Assembly: GCF_963853765.1 (NCBI RefSeq)
Contig: NC_088853.1
Location: 20,832,001-20,896,000, forward strand
Length of the DNA: 64,000 nucleotides
Direction: 5' to 3'
Source of the DNA: Magallana gigas
Taxonomy: Eukaryota
The notes beneath the pieces are model-generated. The model was not told the DNA's origin, ran no database searches, and was given only the letters and a program-made list of their open reading frames with translations. The position numbers and the translations under genes are program-made. This document shows positions 50,708 to 63,783 of this stretch, in pieces (the first letter of the stretch is position 1; every line of letters starts with the position of its first letter).

Positions 50708-52602
50708 AAAAGAAGTTGACTTCTTATTGCAAAGTCTCCTGAAATAAAACAAGGGCTATTCTATATATTTTTACTCTCAATGAGTATAGTAGGAAAATAC
50801 AATTAATATTTTTTTTTAGTGAAACTTGTTAATGTGATAATGTTTGGATACTCCAAAGAAGGTCCACAAAAAGGTCACACCGCACAAAATCTGTAGAAAT
50901 ATACTATGTATATACAGACGAATATCAGTGGCTTAAGTGCAATATTTCAAAATATGTTTTCTTTTTCATTTCGAAATTTATTTTTATTATTAATTTAATA
51001 AACAAACATGATATAAATCTTCAGTTAATGTAAATGACAATTTACTTTCATTTAAAATAAAATGAAAATAGTTCTAATGTAATAAATTTTCGATGGCATC
51101 TTATTGTTGGAAAATTTTCAGACTATACATAAACTCGATTTGATATGTTTTATTTAGAAGAAGGAGAAATAATAAAGAGGAAAAAAGACAACAGAGACAT
51201 TTCATTGAACATAGGATACATATACTCTTTCAAACTTTTAAGTCCCGATAATTTTATAAGATATATACTTCTGTGTATCGCAAAAAGGCCTGATTGTAAT
51301 ATGAGGACAAACGAATTCTGTGAACCTTTGCTATTAACGTAATATGTCGATTTTTAATGATATAATTAAGAACAACGCTATTTTTTTAGTATTTGTTTGA
51401 TTTGGGCAATTTTTGTCACCGTATTATTTAATTCTGCCGGGTTAAAAAATGTCATTCTGTATTAAAATTCAATAAAATATCGTTATTATTTTTCATTTTA
51501 AGTCTGTAAATATTATTCATGCTTAAAAAAAAGATTCTTTCAAGAATCTCTTGCATGGGTAATATATTGTTTAAAAATCATTCTGATAAACTGACAAATT
51601 TCATAGAAAACAATGAATCGATCTTTTGATGTTGATATCAAAAATGTTTTATAAGAGGTTTACAACTATTTAAATTTGTTATTGGGGCTAATAAAAAAAG
51701 ATATTTTGGCAATTAGTTTTAATTTTTTTTTCAAAATTAGAAAATGTATCCGAATGCACAAATAAAAGTTTATTCAACTTCATTTTGACATATTATTATA
51801 TTTTCTATCTGCAGAAAAAAACATACTCAGAAGTATCTTACCTTAATTAGTTACAAATAGACAATGGGAGGTGTAATGTCTTTTTTTAAATTTATCTAAT
51901 CGCCTTCATATGTTAAGCTATGGCTTAACCCTACAATATGAAACTTTTCAAATATAGAGTAATAAGCATGTTCCTTAGGTAGATCTAAAAATGGTACCAG
52001 CGTCCTTAACTGATGTTTCAATAACAACACGGCTAATGTCTGTTTATCTGAATGGATTCAGTGGATATAAGCTTGTAACTATGCTCAGTATTTTTTTAAA
52101 TAAACATTTAAAATAAAGTTTGTCATAATAAATATAAAGTCCTGATATATCTGAGATGGTTTATGAATGAAACTGTTAATTACAGTGATATAAATAGGAG
52201 ATGTTTAAATTGAATCTGAAAAAAGATATATGTGCATTTTTAAGCAAAATGTAATAGATAACAACAATGTCTCTAATCTGGATGTTAATCTGAAATGCGC
52301 CCTAGAATAGATGTAAAGTTGCAAATTGCATGGATAGCGGCAGAGTATTTAAAAGGTACATTTAAAAATATCCCCTTTGTTTAAACTTAAACATATTTCC
52401 GGTCATGTGGGTTCATAGGTTTTGCTTAAAGGTCAAATTATGACGTAGCCAAGTTATATGACATGAAATTAAAGAACAATTAATAATGATTTAGATATTT
52501 TTATTCCTATGAACGGATTTTCGTAGAAAACCGGAGATCACACTCAACTTAATGATTGAAAAAAAAATACGGTTCTTATTTACTATGCCACTTATTTTTT
52601 AG

Positions 52603-52776
52603 TACCGTGCAAAGACGGGTACGTTGAATATAACTCTAATGGTACCCAGATCTGTCTGAAGTATGTTTCAACCCCCTCTACCTACCCGGAAGCTATGGAT
52701 TATTGTCAAGCAGATGGAGGGGACCTCATCAGACTCGATAGTAAACGGAAACATGATATACTTACGGAAATGTTAG
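52603..52776 (+). CDS. Gene A, exon 2 (N-terminal half of CTLD: LPCKDGYVEYNSNGTQICLKYVSTPSTYPEAMDYCQADGGDLIRLDSKRKHDILTEML)
   Basis: Acceptor ttttttAG at 52601-52602 and donor G|GTATGT at 52777; 174 nt, phase 1-1. C-L-K-Y...A..YC...GG.L is the typical CTLD N-terminal pattern. Not in the supplied ORF track; read by eye. Confidence 0.85.
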
Positions 52777-53464
52777 GTATGTGTTAAAGTTTCGAAGAGA
52801 TCTTTGAAGTGATTTTTAGTATTCTGGACACCTATCCTATGAAAAGATAATATTCCGTTTCTTCAGTGCGTCAATATGCCAGTAAAGTCATGAGTTTTCT
52901 TCTTTTTTTTTAATACAGAATAAACATTTTAACTTTGATATAAATTCAGCACTTAACAAAACATCTTAATGCAATGATTTTCTTTATTTAAGTAGTTTAG
53001 AGTCACATATTTAAAAAAGGTTGGTGTATATCTTTTTTTTTTAAATTTACAGTAACGTAACTAAGCATAAAATGTGTTAAACATTGCTAATTTTATATCT
53101 TTTCGTAAATCGCACCTAAGTTGAAACAGCATGATACAGCTGGTTATCAACATAGCCCCACACAAATGCACTGAAATAAGATAATGGGAAAACAGTGTAT
53201 ATGTTTAAGCTCAAAACTAATATACATCTAGACAGAGCAAATACACGATATGAATTTTAATGGTAAAACTGAAATAAATAAATCGGGTGAATGTTAAGAT
53301 ACAAAACGTTATGTAATTTTAGTGAGCTAAACTTTAAATTACTTATTGCCAGGGTCGATAGGAAACAAAAAAAAGACATCGATCATCAGTATTGATTAAT
53401 TAAAAATTAGAACCATCGTTGAACATGAAAATTGTATATTTATAAGTATTCTTTTGATAATTAG

Positions 53465-53715
53465 TTCCTATAGCCAATGGATTTACAATCGATGTGTGGA
53501 TCCAAGGAACAAAAGTGGAGGGCGAGTGGTTCTTCCATGACGGGTCCCAAATGTCGACCGATTTCAATGAGATCTGTCCTCTTGATTTGGACGGCACCGT
53601 AGGTGAAATAAATCTTCGAGCACACGGATCTACATCGTTTTTCTGCTGGGACATGATTCCAACTATGAACTACAGTTTTCTGTGCGAACATTACCGCCAT
53701 TTACCTTTAAATTGA
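53465..53715 (+). CDS. Gene A, exon 3 (C-terminal half of CTLD, WIQG...W.F.DG...FLCE); spliced product 240 aa
   Basis: AG at 53463-53464 gives VPIANGFTIDVWIQG, aligning with gene B VPIADGALLEVWIQG. Stop TGA at 53713-53715. 298+174+251 = 723 nt keeps frame. Confidence 0.85.
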
Positions 53716-56700
53716 TAAAGTATTCATCACAAACATAACTAATTGTTTCGTTTCGGAATTTTTTCAAATAATGGTGATTTTGTTTTCATTCTATACATAC
53801 TCTTACATGTATATAATTATATATTTACATTTCAAATGATATGTTCTGGAATCCTGATAAACTATACATTACTTAGCTGTATAATATATTTGTTTTAATC
53901 CAAACTGATGACTCTCTTGTAATAATGATAATCCAACACCAGTTATTACTTACATTGTTCCGTAATAGACAATATGTCACAAGTTGTTGCGATGACCACC
54001 TCCCCCTTTTCCACCGTTCAAATAAGGTGGAATGCTGATCTATTTTTGAATCATGATTACACAAGTTCACTGCATGGTAAACGTCTCTTTTACTTGAAAA
54101 CTTTTGCTCACTGTTGTTATTACATGCCATATAATATTTTCATCAATTGTGAATGTAAATGCTGACATTTTTAACATGCATCGGTTAATCTTTTTGTGAA
54201 ATATCATGACATTGCTTGTCCCCTTGTCTGCACTGTTTCGGAGAATGCAACTTTTAAACCTTAGATAGGCCTGACGTCATTACGTTAGGCAATAAAGGAA
54301 CACTTGTCAACACAATAAAGAATGTTCATGCAAAAAGCCTGCTCAAAAATGATAAAGGTGATCATATTTTGAGATTCCCGTATATTTTTGATTTAGAATA
54401 TACACAATTACACAATACGGCAAAGTATGGTGTGGTTTTTTAGTATTTAAATATTAAATCAATGCGTAAATCAGTTAATGTTCAGTTTGATTTAGAAATC
54501 TTCTCTGATCCAGTTTCATGCAAACGGACGACGTTAATTGAACACTTTCAATAAAGAGAATTGGCTATGTTTCATGTGCAATAGATTATTTTGATTTTGT
54601 AGAATTTTTCTCCTCAAGTTTTGACATGTACATTTTATTTTTCAATGATTTTCTTACGTATTTCGTACGTATTTTGCACGTGAAAGCTGATAAATTCCTG
54701 TTAAATTGGAAAATAAAGTAGATTGAACACTGAACATGTGTTTTGTTTCTACACAAATTATTACAATGCAGAAGCAGTCCAAAATGTCATCTGTAGTTGT
54801 CTAATAAGTAGAAACTTGTAAGAAAGCTACAAGTAACGTATTGGCCGGTTGCAGGGTAATAAGACAATTTCTGGACTCGGTTCAAAAAATGATGGCATCA
54901 CAAAAATCTTTCCTTGCCAAAAGAAGCACTTGTGCAGATCTGTTCTGTTGCTACTTTCATTATGGAAAAGTTATCTGCGTGCGCTCACCGTTTACCAATC
55001 GCCCACCACATTTCGTTAGGCGTATAGACAAAGTTCATTCACCGTTCTTATTGAAATATTTACATTTAAAGAATGAATTCAATATTTGTTTGTTTTATAC
55101 GATATAAAATGGTTTGGGGCAGTTTACGCTTTATAAACCCCGAAGCGGTTTGATCTTTAAACAAGGGAAATAAACGTACAAGGGAAATATAAAAGCAATT
55201 ATCATCTTTATTCTTTACACTTAACTACAAACATCGAAACATTTTTCAAACAGAAATTGAGAATTTTGGAATATTCTTCAAAATCAGTAAAAATAATGTT
55301 GAATAAGTTGAATATATATTTTTCTTATAAGAAGCATATCAGGTAATTGGTGTTGTCCTTAATTTTGCTGCGACCGATCAACATACTTGATTATTATTTG
55401 ATAAGGAACAATAATGATAAAAATGTTTGTTTAAACAAAAAAATTCTTTATCTGCTTTGTTTGTTATAACACATATGTCCACTGGAAACAAAAATGTAAT
55501 CGCTCACCTGTTGTTTTACGTAATTGTGTATACTCCGCGTACAATTTAATATTGCCGATGCACAGGGAATTAAATTACCCCGTTATACAGATTTTCGATT
55601 TTTTTGGTATTGAGTAGACATTAAAATATCATAAATACATCATTCAATTATTCGTTGATATAATCATTGTCTTAAATTTCGTTTTATTTAATTCATATTT
55701 AAATAAAAATGGATAAGGTGGAGCTTAAATGCAGACTATAGGCTATAGAATAGGGTAGAATTTGTTTGTCGTTCATCTTGCGTTCATAAAGCGTTCACAT
55801 GTCATTTACAGTGCCTTCACGTTTCTTTTGCGCTCCGTTTGCACTCTTTTGATCATCGTTCACTGTTCATCAGCACTCACCAAATTCCGTTTGGCGTGCG
55901 ATCACCGTTTGCCCAGCGTGTGCTCACCGTTCACTCACCATACAAGTAGATAAGAAGAACGTTCCAGGGACTGCATGGGTGTTGCAGACAAATTCATATG
56001 GCTTCAGCTCGCAGATGATGTCAACATTTATATTTGTCATATAAATAGAGAAATATCCACATCTAATGGTTTATCTTTATGAAACCAAGAGTTTTAAGCA
56101 TTTGTGTTGTAATATAGATATCTTGATTTTATCAAATGAACAGAGATGTGACAAATCACCTTTTTTTAAACTTAACCCCATAACACTAACGTTATACACG
56201 AGGAACAAAAACAATCCGACTGCCCATTATTTACATATCAATCTCATTAACTAATTATGTAATCATATGATTACAATGCAGAAATCTGTCTTAATGTATA
56301 AATAAAATGAAAGGTAATTAGTTTTAAATCTGTTTTATTCAATTTAGGTAAAATAATCAAAACATGCAAACATGCTCTTTGATCACAACATTATACATTG
56401 TATTCCTTCGGCTCCCATGAAAACCCTTTTAAATGCAATGTTTACAGTGCACGGTGTGTAGTTCATATAAAATAAGATATGCATGTTTAGCAAATTAACA
56501 AATAAGAATTCAAAACAATGTTTTATGTAGTAGAGTAAAATTTCATAGGTTTTTAATATTTCAATTTCAGAATATCGATTTCTTCATCATTATTGACATG
56601 TTCTAATCAATTTCAACGTTTCTTTTCAAGAATTTTACTATTGCAGACTTTGATTTATTTATTCACGTAATAAAAAATTTATTTTCATTTTAATTTTAAT

Positions 56701-57192
56701 TATATTGATTTATCATTGATGAAAAAATAAATTATTTAGTTGAATTTATTTATATTGATATTTTGTGTTTGTTCTGTTTTTTTACAATGGTTACTCCTCT
56801 TTAAAGTACATCTGCAGACTCTGTTTATAGCATTTATTTGAGTGGTCACTTAGATCTGATCATATGATTGGTTTATAGGGCTATTTGTATTCTCCATTCT
56901 TATTCCCGAATTTCATGCTAAGAGGCTAACCATGCGCTTCTAACTGCCATTGTGGTATTTTGAAGTTGCTTTACATATTGTATTCACATTTGAAGTATTT
57001 TTCACATAGAAGTTTTGCTATATACAGAAGTTCCACGACCTATACTGGTAGACGTTTCCATGACCTTCGCACTTCATGGGAGGGTCGGGACTTTAACTCT
57101 GTTATTCTAATGCTATGCAAAATAAAACCAACAAAATCATCACGAATGGAGTTCTTCCTGTGTTTTTCCACTCGGTTTCATGTAATGTAAGC

Positions 57193-58077
57193 CAGAGTTG
57201 GGACAATTACTTTAAAAAGTAATTAATTACTTTCAAATACATTGACAATTTTATCAATTACTTGCAATTGCAATTACATTGATTTTTAAAATGTAATTAA
57301 TTACTCTCAATTACTTTGATAAATGTAATTAATTACATTTCAAATACTTTAGTTTTATTTCTTTAAATCTTGAGAACATATACATATATTAACAGCATTA
57401 AGATATACAGAGCTTTATGTACGATTATGTTTTAAAAGGTTGTATAGTTCAGTTCGGATCAGATTTCTTGAAAATTTCTAGAAAAATTTTCTTTAACATT
57501 AAAGTCATTAAGTACCATTGAGTTCATTTTTGGTTATGAATAATATTTTGACTATAGTGAATTAATTTTTATTCACATATTAAAACTATGTTTATTCAGA
57601 AAGTACAACTTTCGGCAGTACAGCATATCAGTATATAAATTATAATTCACAAGAATGAGATATTTTGACTCCCTCAAGTCTAAAATCAATGGGGGTTCTT
57701 GTGTACTGGTATTAGAGGAGTTCACACCTCCACAAAATTAGATCTTTACCTATTGCCCTGGGCAGTGTGTTATGCTGTATTAACATATGAAACATTATGG
57801 GACATTTAATTATTGTATAAACAAAAGTCCATGCCAAACATGTATAAAATCTATGTATCATTATAAGACACCTTTTTTATATTTTAAACTTGGAAAAAAG
57901 TAATTGAGATGTAATTGAAAAGTATTTGAAAATACACAATATTTTTGGAATGTATTTAAATACATTCAATTACTTGTAATTGAAGACAGACTCAATTACA
58001 AATTACTTTCAATTACTTTGAAAAATGTAATTAATTACACTCAATTACAAATACTTTTTTCAATTACCCCATCCCTG
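57193..58077. mobile_element. Non-autonomous hAT-type DNA transposon (885 bp)
   Basis: Perfect 8-bp TSD ATGTAAGC at 57185-57192 and 58078-58085. Imperfect TIR CAGAGTTGGG / CCCATCCCTG. Sub-terminal arrays of (GT)AATTAC motifs in opposite orientations at the two ends. Confidence 0.88.
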
Positions 58078-58271
58078 ATGTAAGCATAGATCCAGCCAAT
58101 TTACTGATGAGCAAAAACATGCGCGTTTCGATACACTGGACTGAAAAGAGCAAATAGTTGAATAAAAACAAAACTAACACGAGATGTTCAGTATCTAAAT
58201 TTCCACTCTTGATGTTTTGAAGACCATGCATTATATGACAATCTTGATACATCGCTGTCATATGTTAGCAA

Positions 58272-58535
58272 TCAAAACAAGGCGAGTAAAAACGATCTAT
58301 CAATTATTATTTTAATGAATTTACACAGATTAATAAACATTTTTTTATTATTAGTAATAAAGAGTTGTTGATATTTGTAAACATTTGGTTGTTTGTAGAA
58401 GTATGAAGGAATGTATAAAACTCTCTTATCTTTAATTGCTATATCTGTACAATGAAATAAATAATGAAATTCATCTCCAATCTCAATACAGTTACAAATC
58501 GTACATATGGTTTTCACGAGATATATGAGATACAT
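58272..58535 (-). mobile_element. LINE (CR1/L2-like) ORF2 C-terminal remnant
   Basis: CTICNCIEIGDEFHYLFHC...YIPSYFYKQPNVYKYQQL is the CCHC-type C-terminal motif typical of molluscan CR1/L2-group elements. Confidence 0.8.
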
Positions 58536-59164
58536 CTTTCGAAAAAACCATCATTGTTTTTCTGTTTAAATGTCATTAAGTTTTGATGACTTTTGTAGGT
58601 CTGACGCTAGGCTATATTTGGATGTAAACAATAAGTTCTATTTAATGCAAGATAACCAGTGGTCGTATTTAAAAAAAATGCACTTGTAAGTTTCTAGTCC
58701 TACATTGAGTTTTTGTCAATTAATTAAGTTTAAAAAAAATTTGAACAAACGTTACAAAAAGAATACGTCAGTTAAAAATGATTTGCTTTTGTATAGAACC
58801 TTTCAAGACCATTCGTTTATTGTTGTTAATAAAGGGAAATGTATAGAAATGTACAGTGCAAGTAAACAATTCGTTTGCTTGTCGTTTCATTCAAATGCTA
58901 ATATTACTGCAGAAAACCCACAGATGCCATCTATTATTTACAAGTCATTAAAAAGATTCAATATTCTCATACACTTCAGAATGTTTACAATATCGAATCG
59001 ACTGCAATTATTGATAAACAGTGAAATAAAATCAATATATATTGTAACGATTACACAACGAAATATAAACGGACGTTTGTAAAATAGTTTCTTTACTTTA
59101 AAACATAACTGTTCTGTCACAGAGATACATGTAGATATAAGATTATACTAAAAGTACCATCGTT

Positions 59165-59450
59165 ATGTTACAAAGGACATACGTTATATTTCTAATCATG
59201 TATATTTTGTACAACAAGACGACCAGTTGTTTCGAAAGTTTTTACGGCGTGAAAACAAATGAATATCCAAAAACGTCGTGTCAAGAAATTGCAAATATTA
59301 AAACCGCCTTAAGATGTCTGGGAAGATGCGGGAGCACAATAGATAATATTGTCATGATCAGCCACAACGAGTCCACAGATATTTGTATGTGTTGTAATGA
59401 CATCACAGGAAGTGACATCATCGGTGCAAATTGGAACTCATTTGTTCTAG
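59165..59450 (+). CDS. PAN/apple-like + C-type lectin gene B, exon 1
   Basis: Paralog of gene A exon 1 (SCFESFYG, PKTSC, RCLG.C, MISH, CMCC.D.TGSDI.G.NW.SFVL). Phase-1 donor G|GTAAAA at 59451. Confidence 0.85.
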
Positions 59451-60234
59451 GTAAAAGTATTTTGGTCTATCTTACAAAAGTTGTAAATGCAAATTGATTG
59501 TACATTTCTGGTCCTGTGGTAACAGACTGGACTGTTATCTACACGCCCCTTTTATCGACACTGTAACCTAACTTTTCGACGTTTATAAGTGAATCATGTC
59601 AAGTTTATACTAATGATCTGACGCACTGTTAACAGCAGTAGCTTTAATTCATATTAATGACCCGGTGTCGACAGGCTCATCAGTGAACTTAAGTACACAT
59701 TTCTCCTTGAATGCAAACAATAATACGCTATTCATATAGCGAATGCCGTTAACCAATTTCTGTAGAATTTCCGTTAGAATAAATGAATGAAATATATACA
59801 AATAATTTATTTGATGATTCATGTGGGTTGTAAAAGTAGCAATCATTGCAGAAAAAAAAAATCATGACCCGCCTACTTAAATTAGAAAAATATAACAACT
59901 GGATTACTATTATTTTATGCATTTTGTTTATTAGTAATGTGGTTACTGCGTAGACGTAAGGAGATGCATTAATGACGTTGCGATGAGTTTTGCGATACTC
60001 CAGGTCACAAGTTTGTCAGCTAACTAGAAATTATCATATAATCTCATTAAACGGACAATTTTACATTAATAAACGGCATACCTTTTGGTGAAATTGTAAT
60101 GTTTTTCCCCAAAGGGAAAGTAACTGTCGTGATAATTTCCGAACATTAATTGTATCTAGCATATATCATAGTATAATAGTCTTATCTTTCAAAATATGGC
60201 CAATTTAAATAAACTTGATGCTCTTCAATTTTAG

Positions 60235-60408
60235 TTCCGTGGTCTACCGGCTGCACGACCTACACATTGACGTCCAACCAAATCTGTTTGATGTATTTCC
60301 CAGTTCCGGCAAGATACTCAACAGCTAAAACCCTTTGTCAAGCGGGAGGTGGGAATCTTTTTAAGATTGATTCCCAAGAAAAATTTGACTTATTCGAGGA
60401 TTATCATG
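60235..60408 (+). CDS. Gene B, exon 2 (VPWSTGCTTYTLTSNQICLMYFPVPARYSTAKTLCQAGGGNLFKIDSQEKFDLFEDYH)
   Basis: Acceptor ttttAG at 60233-60234 and donor G|GTATGC at 60409; 174 nt, the same length and phase as gene A exon 2. Confidence 0.85.
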
Positions 60409-60623
60409 GTATGCTTTCATAGTGTATCTGTGTTGTTTTGAATGAATTCACGATGACAACAATCAGAAACAATCATAATATACATGTATATGACAAGTCT
60501 GGTTAAAACGGTTGAAAAACAAACTAAAATCAATTTTATCTTGTCTTCAAGTTGCATAAGTTTTCTAATAATTATTACAATACCTAATTATATTGGTTAA
60601 AAATGAAGAAAAAATATATTTTC

Positions 60624-60968
60624 TAGGGATGTCAACGAGTACTCGACTATCGCTTGGTCACACCCGTCATCGGCTAAAATTATTTAGTCGATTACTCGCT
60701 AAAAAGTTTATTTAATTCAAAACATTTGTTTTCTCTACGCCGCAGTTTTTTTGGATACGAATGAAAACAACAGTTTTGTTTTCTTTGCATGATTGATCCA
60801 TAAGTTCCATTATTTCCATAGGTTTGCCTGGTGTATTTTTAAGCGGTTAATAATTAATTCCTTTGATATACATAGGCAGATATGTACTTGAGGAGAACAA
60901 TTTGTATTTTCTTCGACTAAAGCACCCAATTTATCGACTAAGCCAACCGGCTAAAATTTACATCCCTA
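60624..60968. mobile_element. Non-autonomous hAT-type MITE (345 bp) in intron 2 of lectin gene B
   Basis: TIR TAGGGATGT / ACATCCCTA. Perfect 8-bp TSD ATATTTTC at 60616-60623 and 60969-60976. Sub-terminal CGACTA motifs. Confidence 0.9.
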
Positions 60969-61255
60969 ATATTTTCAATTAGTTTTGCTCACTTCACAAA
61001 ATTGTACTGATTGATGTGTAATATATTTTTCTCAAGTATGTAATTACAAAGTGAAAAAAATAAGAAATCGTTTTTTTTTTAATCTTACATATGTACATGT
61101 ATTTTGAAATTACAATAATTGTCATTCCTAAACCAGAGAAACTTTTTATAAATCAATGTCCAAGTAATATGAATTCATATATGCATGCATACTGGTATGT
61201 CCATTTGGTATACAACAAACAAATATTAATCTAAACATTGTTGTTTTTATTTAAG

Positions 61256-61479
61256 TGCCGATTGCCGACGGTGCACTCCTTGAAGTGTGGATTCAAGGGG
61301 AGAAGACAGGGGGTCAGTGGAGGTTTGATGATGGCACTCTGATACCCCACGTGTGTCCCCTCGTCACGGAAAATAAACCAGCTGAGATACATCTCCGGGC
61401 TAGGGGCCGTACAGGTTTCGATTGCCGAGATGCTGAGGAGAGTGTTTTTTATCACTATACATGTGAATACCAGCGATGA
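61256..61479 (+). CDS. Gene B, exon 3 (C-terminal CTLD half); spliced product 227 aa
   Basis: Acceptor tttttatttaAG ending at 61255; WIQG...WRFDDG...YTCE; stop TGA at 61477-61479. 286+174+224 = 684 nt keeps frame. Confidence 0.85.
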
Positions 61480-63783
61480 AATTCACACTTATAAACCACA
61501 CAAATAATTATGTGAACTTTTAGTGTTGTTTGTTTCTTCTGGTATATTTTTGATACTAGTATTTGCTGCATACTTGACGCATATTGTTAATTTAAAAGTT
61601 TTGGAATAATCAGTTTAAATTGTATTAATGGTGTGTTTATTATGCATTTTCAAATAATAAATGGCCATCTTTAAGTTAAATGTGACTAAATGATGCTTAA
61701 ATGTGGATAAAAGAAAATCTTTACGCTATTTGTAAGCTTATATATATGCTTTAACGTAGCTTGAAGATGTTTTAATTAGAGCGAAAAGATGGATTAAAGC
61801 TCCTTAAATTCAGATAAAACATTCAGTGAGCAACCTTAAAGCTGACATGAGTTCGTAAAAGCATTTGGTCGCCATATTAGTTTCGAACGCTCCTCTAATG
61901 CCACTGGGGTTTATATACCGGTTGAGAAAGTGACGGTCGGTTGCTTTACGATCGAGGCATTAATCGCGTTGCACGGACTTCTAAATGCATGAACTACACA
62001 TTGTAGTGAAATGTAGTAATAGAGAATAAAGAAAACAACAATGAAATACAAAATATATTTATTCTTTGAAAGGATGTCCAAGGTATCCGTATTATTTTGC
62101 ACAGACAGTGCTGCCTTACTTCGAATGCACATCGAACACGTGTGTCGTTCATACAGAAGGCATAACGTCTTCATCTTCTTGAAAACCACGGCGACACTAC
62201 ATCCAACACAGTAGCTAAATGATAGTAAATCCAAGAAAGTAACAACGTTTCCATCCGTTCCTAAAAAAACCGCCCCATTTCTACAATCCATGCGATAATT
62301 GACATTGCTCGATCTGCCACAGTGTGTGGTTTACGCATGTGCGATGTTATAACATACACAGGAAAACGGTCTACTTTCGAAGTATCTGCTCCTGGATTTC
62401 AGTTTGTCTTGTTTCGTCGTTTATTGGATATTTCTTGCCAGTGAAGTGGTTTTCATTATTATCTTTGTTCAAAACGCGTTTTTACAAGTCTTTTCGGTCA
62501 AGGTAACGTGTTCGGGTGTATAAAATTCCCGAATGCGTTGAAGCATGAATAGTGCTCTCGGCTTTATATAGCGATAAGCAGAACAATAGAAATCGACAAC
62601 TAATATGGCGGTAGTCGGAGATAAAAGGGAAATAATGCGTATTTATGAATTCATGTCAGCTTTAAGTCCACATTTACGACAACGTATAGGTCCTTAATGT
62701 CGAATCTTCTATAAGCCACAGTCAAGTTTTTTTTCCAGATATTTTTCTTTGATAAAATTTTAGCTTACTTACCCAACAAACTGTTATTTTTTAAACAATT
62801 AAACCAAAATATATTTCTAATTTGTGTGCAAAGTTCTGTTCTAAAAAAGTGTATGGCCGTGCATATGGAAACAAGACTCACCTGTCGTGAATATTTTATA
62901 TATTCCGTCTAAGTTTCATTTATTTTAGGTAAATAATTTTCGGAATTCTTTATGCCACCTCCTATCCTTTTTCACACATCAATCGAACTGAAAAATTTGT
63001 TGAAAATTTTATTGATCAGATAAGAATATATTCTGATCAAAACATAAAAACTTAAAAAATTAAAACAATATGATTCCATATTTTCATGATCATTTAATAC
63101 AATTACATGCTACTTTTAGTGATATTTTAAGTCAATTTTTTCAAGTTGATTTTTTTTCTAAAAATTTAAAACAAAGTATGTAATAAATAAAAAAATACCC
63201 TTATTCTATATCACAGTTTTCGTTGATTGTTAGTATGTTGCTTATACGTAGGGATATAATTACGTGGATGCATCGGTTTTTAGTTTAAAAATACTTAACA
63301 ACATATTTACCAAATTAAATTAAATTATTTAATTAAATGATATTGTTTTGAAATAAAATAATGTTTGATTTTTAACGAAAAATTATATTTAAAAGAAATA
63401 GCGTCATCAATTACTGTTGACGTATGTGCTTCATGTGCCAGGTATTCGTTCTGTGCAAATATGTGCTACTCTTGGTCTTATTTCTGAAAAACAGTACATT
63501 ATTAAATCTGCATTTTGTACTCTCATATAATGTCTTTGATTCTTAAATAATTTAATGGATTGAAAACCCAGAGTGAAAAAATAATACATATTTGAAATAA
63601 ATTAAATATTAGTAAATCAATGGTTCAAATTTATTTAACGTTTACATAAATTAAAAGACTTGAAAGCCTTTAGAAATCCCGACGTGCACACGGACACAAG
63701 TCAAACCAGCAGTGTTGACAATCTTTTATGTTCTCTGTTAGTCTTGTTTTTTTTTTTCTAAAGTTGAACAAATAATAGACTCT

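Noticed and set aside
58100-58140. Hammerhead-ribozyme-like words CTGATGAG and CGAAACGCG
   Set aside because: The two core motifs lie on opposite strands and in the wrong order, so no hammerhead core can form. A second CTGATGA-TT-GAAAC on the minus strand near 34005-34020 has no stem II.
58705-59082. 125-aa ORF upstream of lectin gene B
   Set aside because: TTG start, K/N/I-rich composition typical of AT-rich non-coding DNA, no motif, and no counterpart upstream of paralog A.
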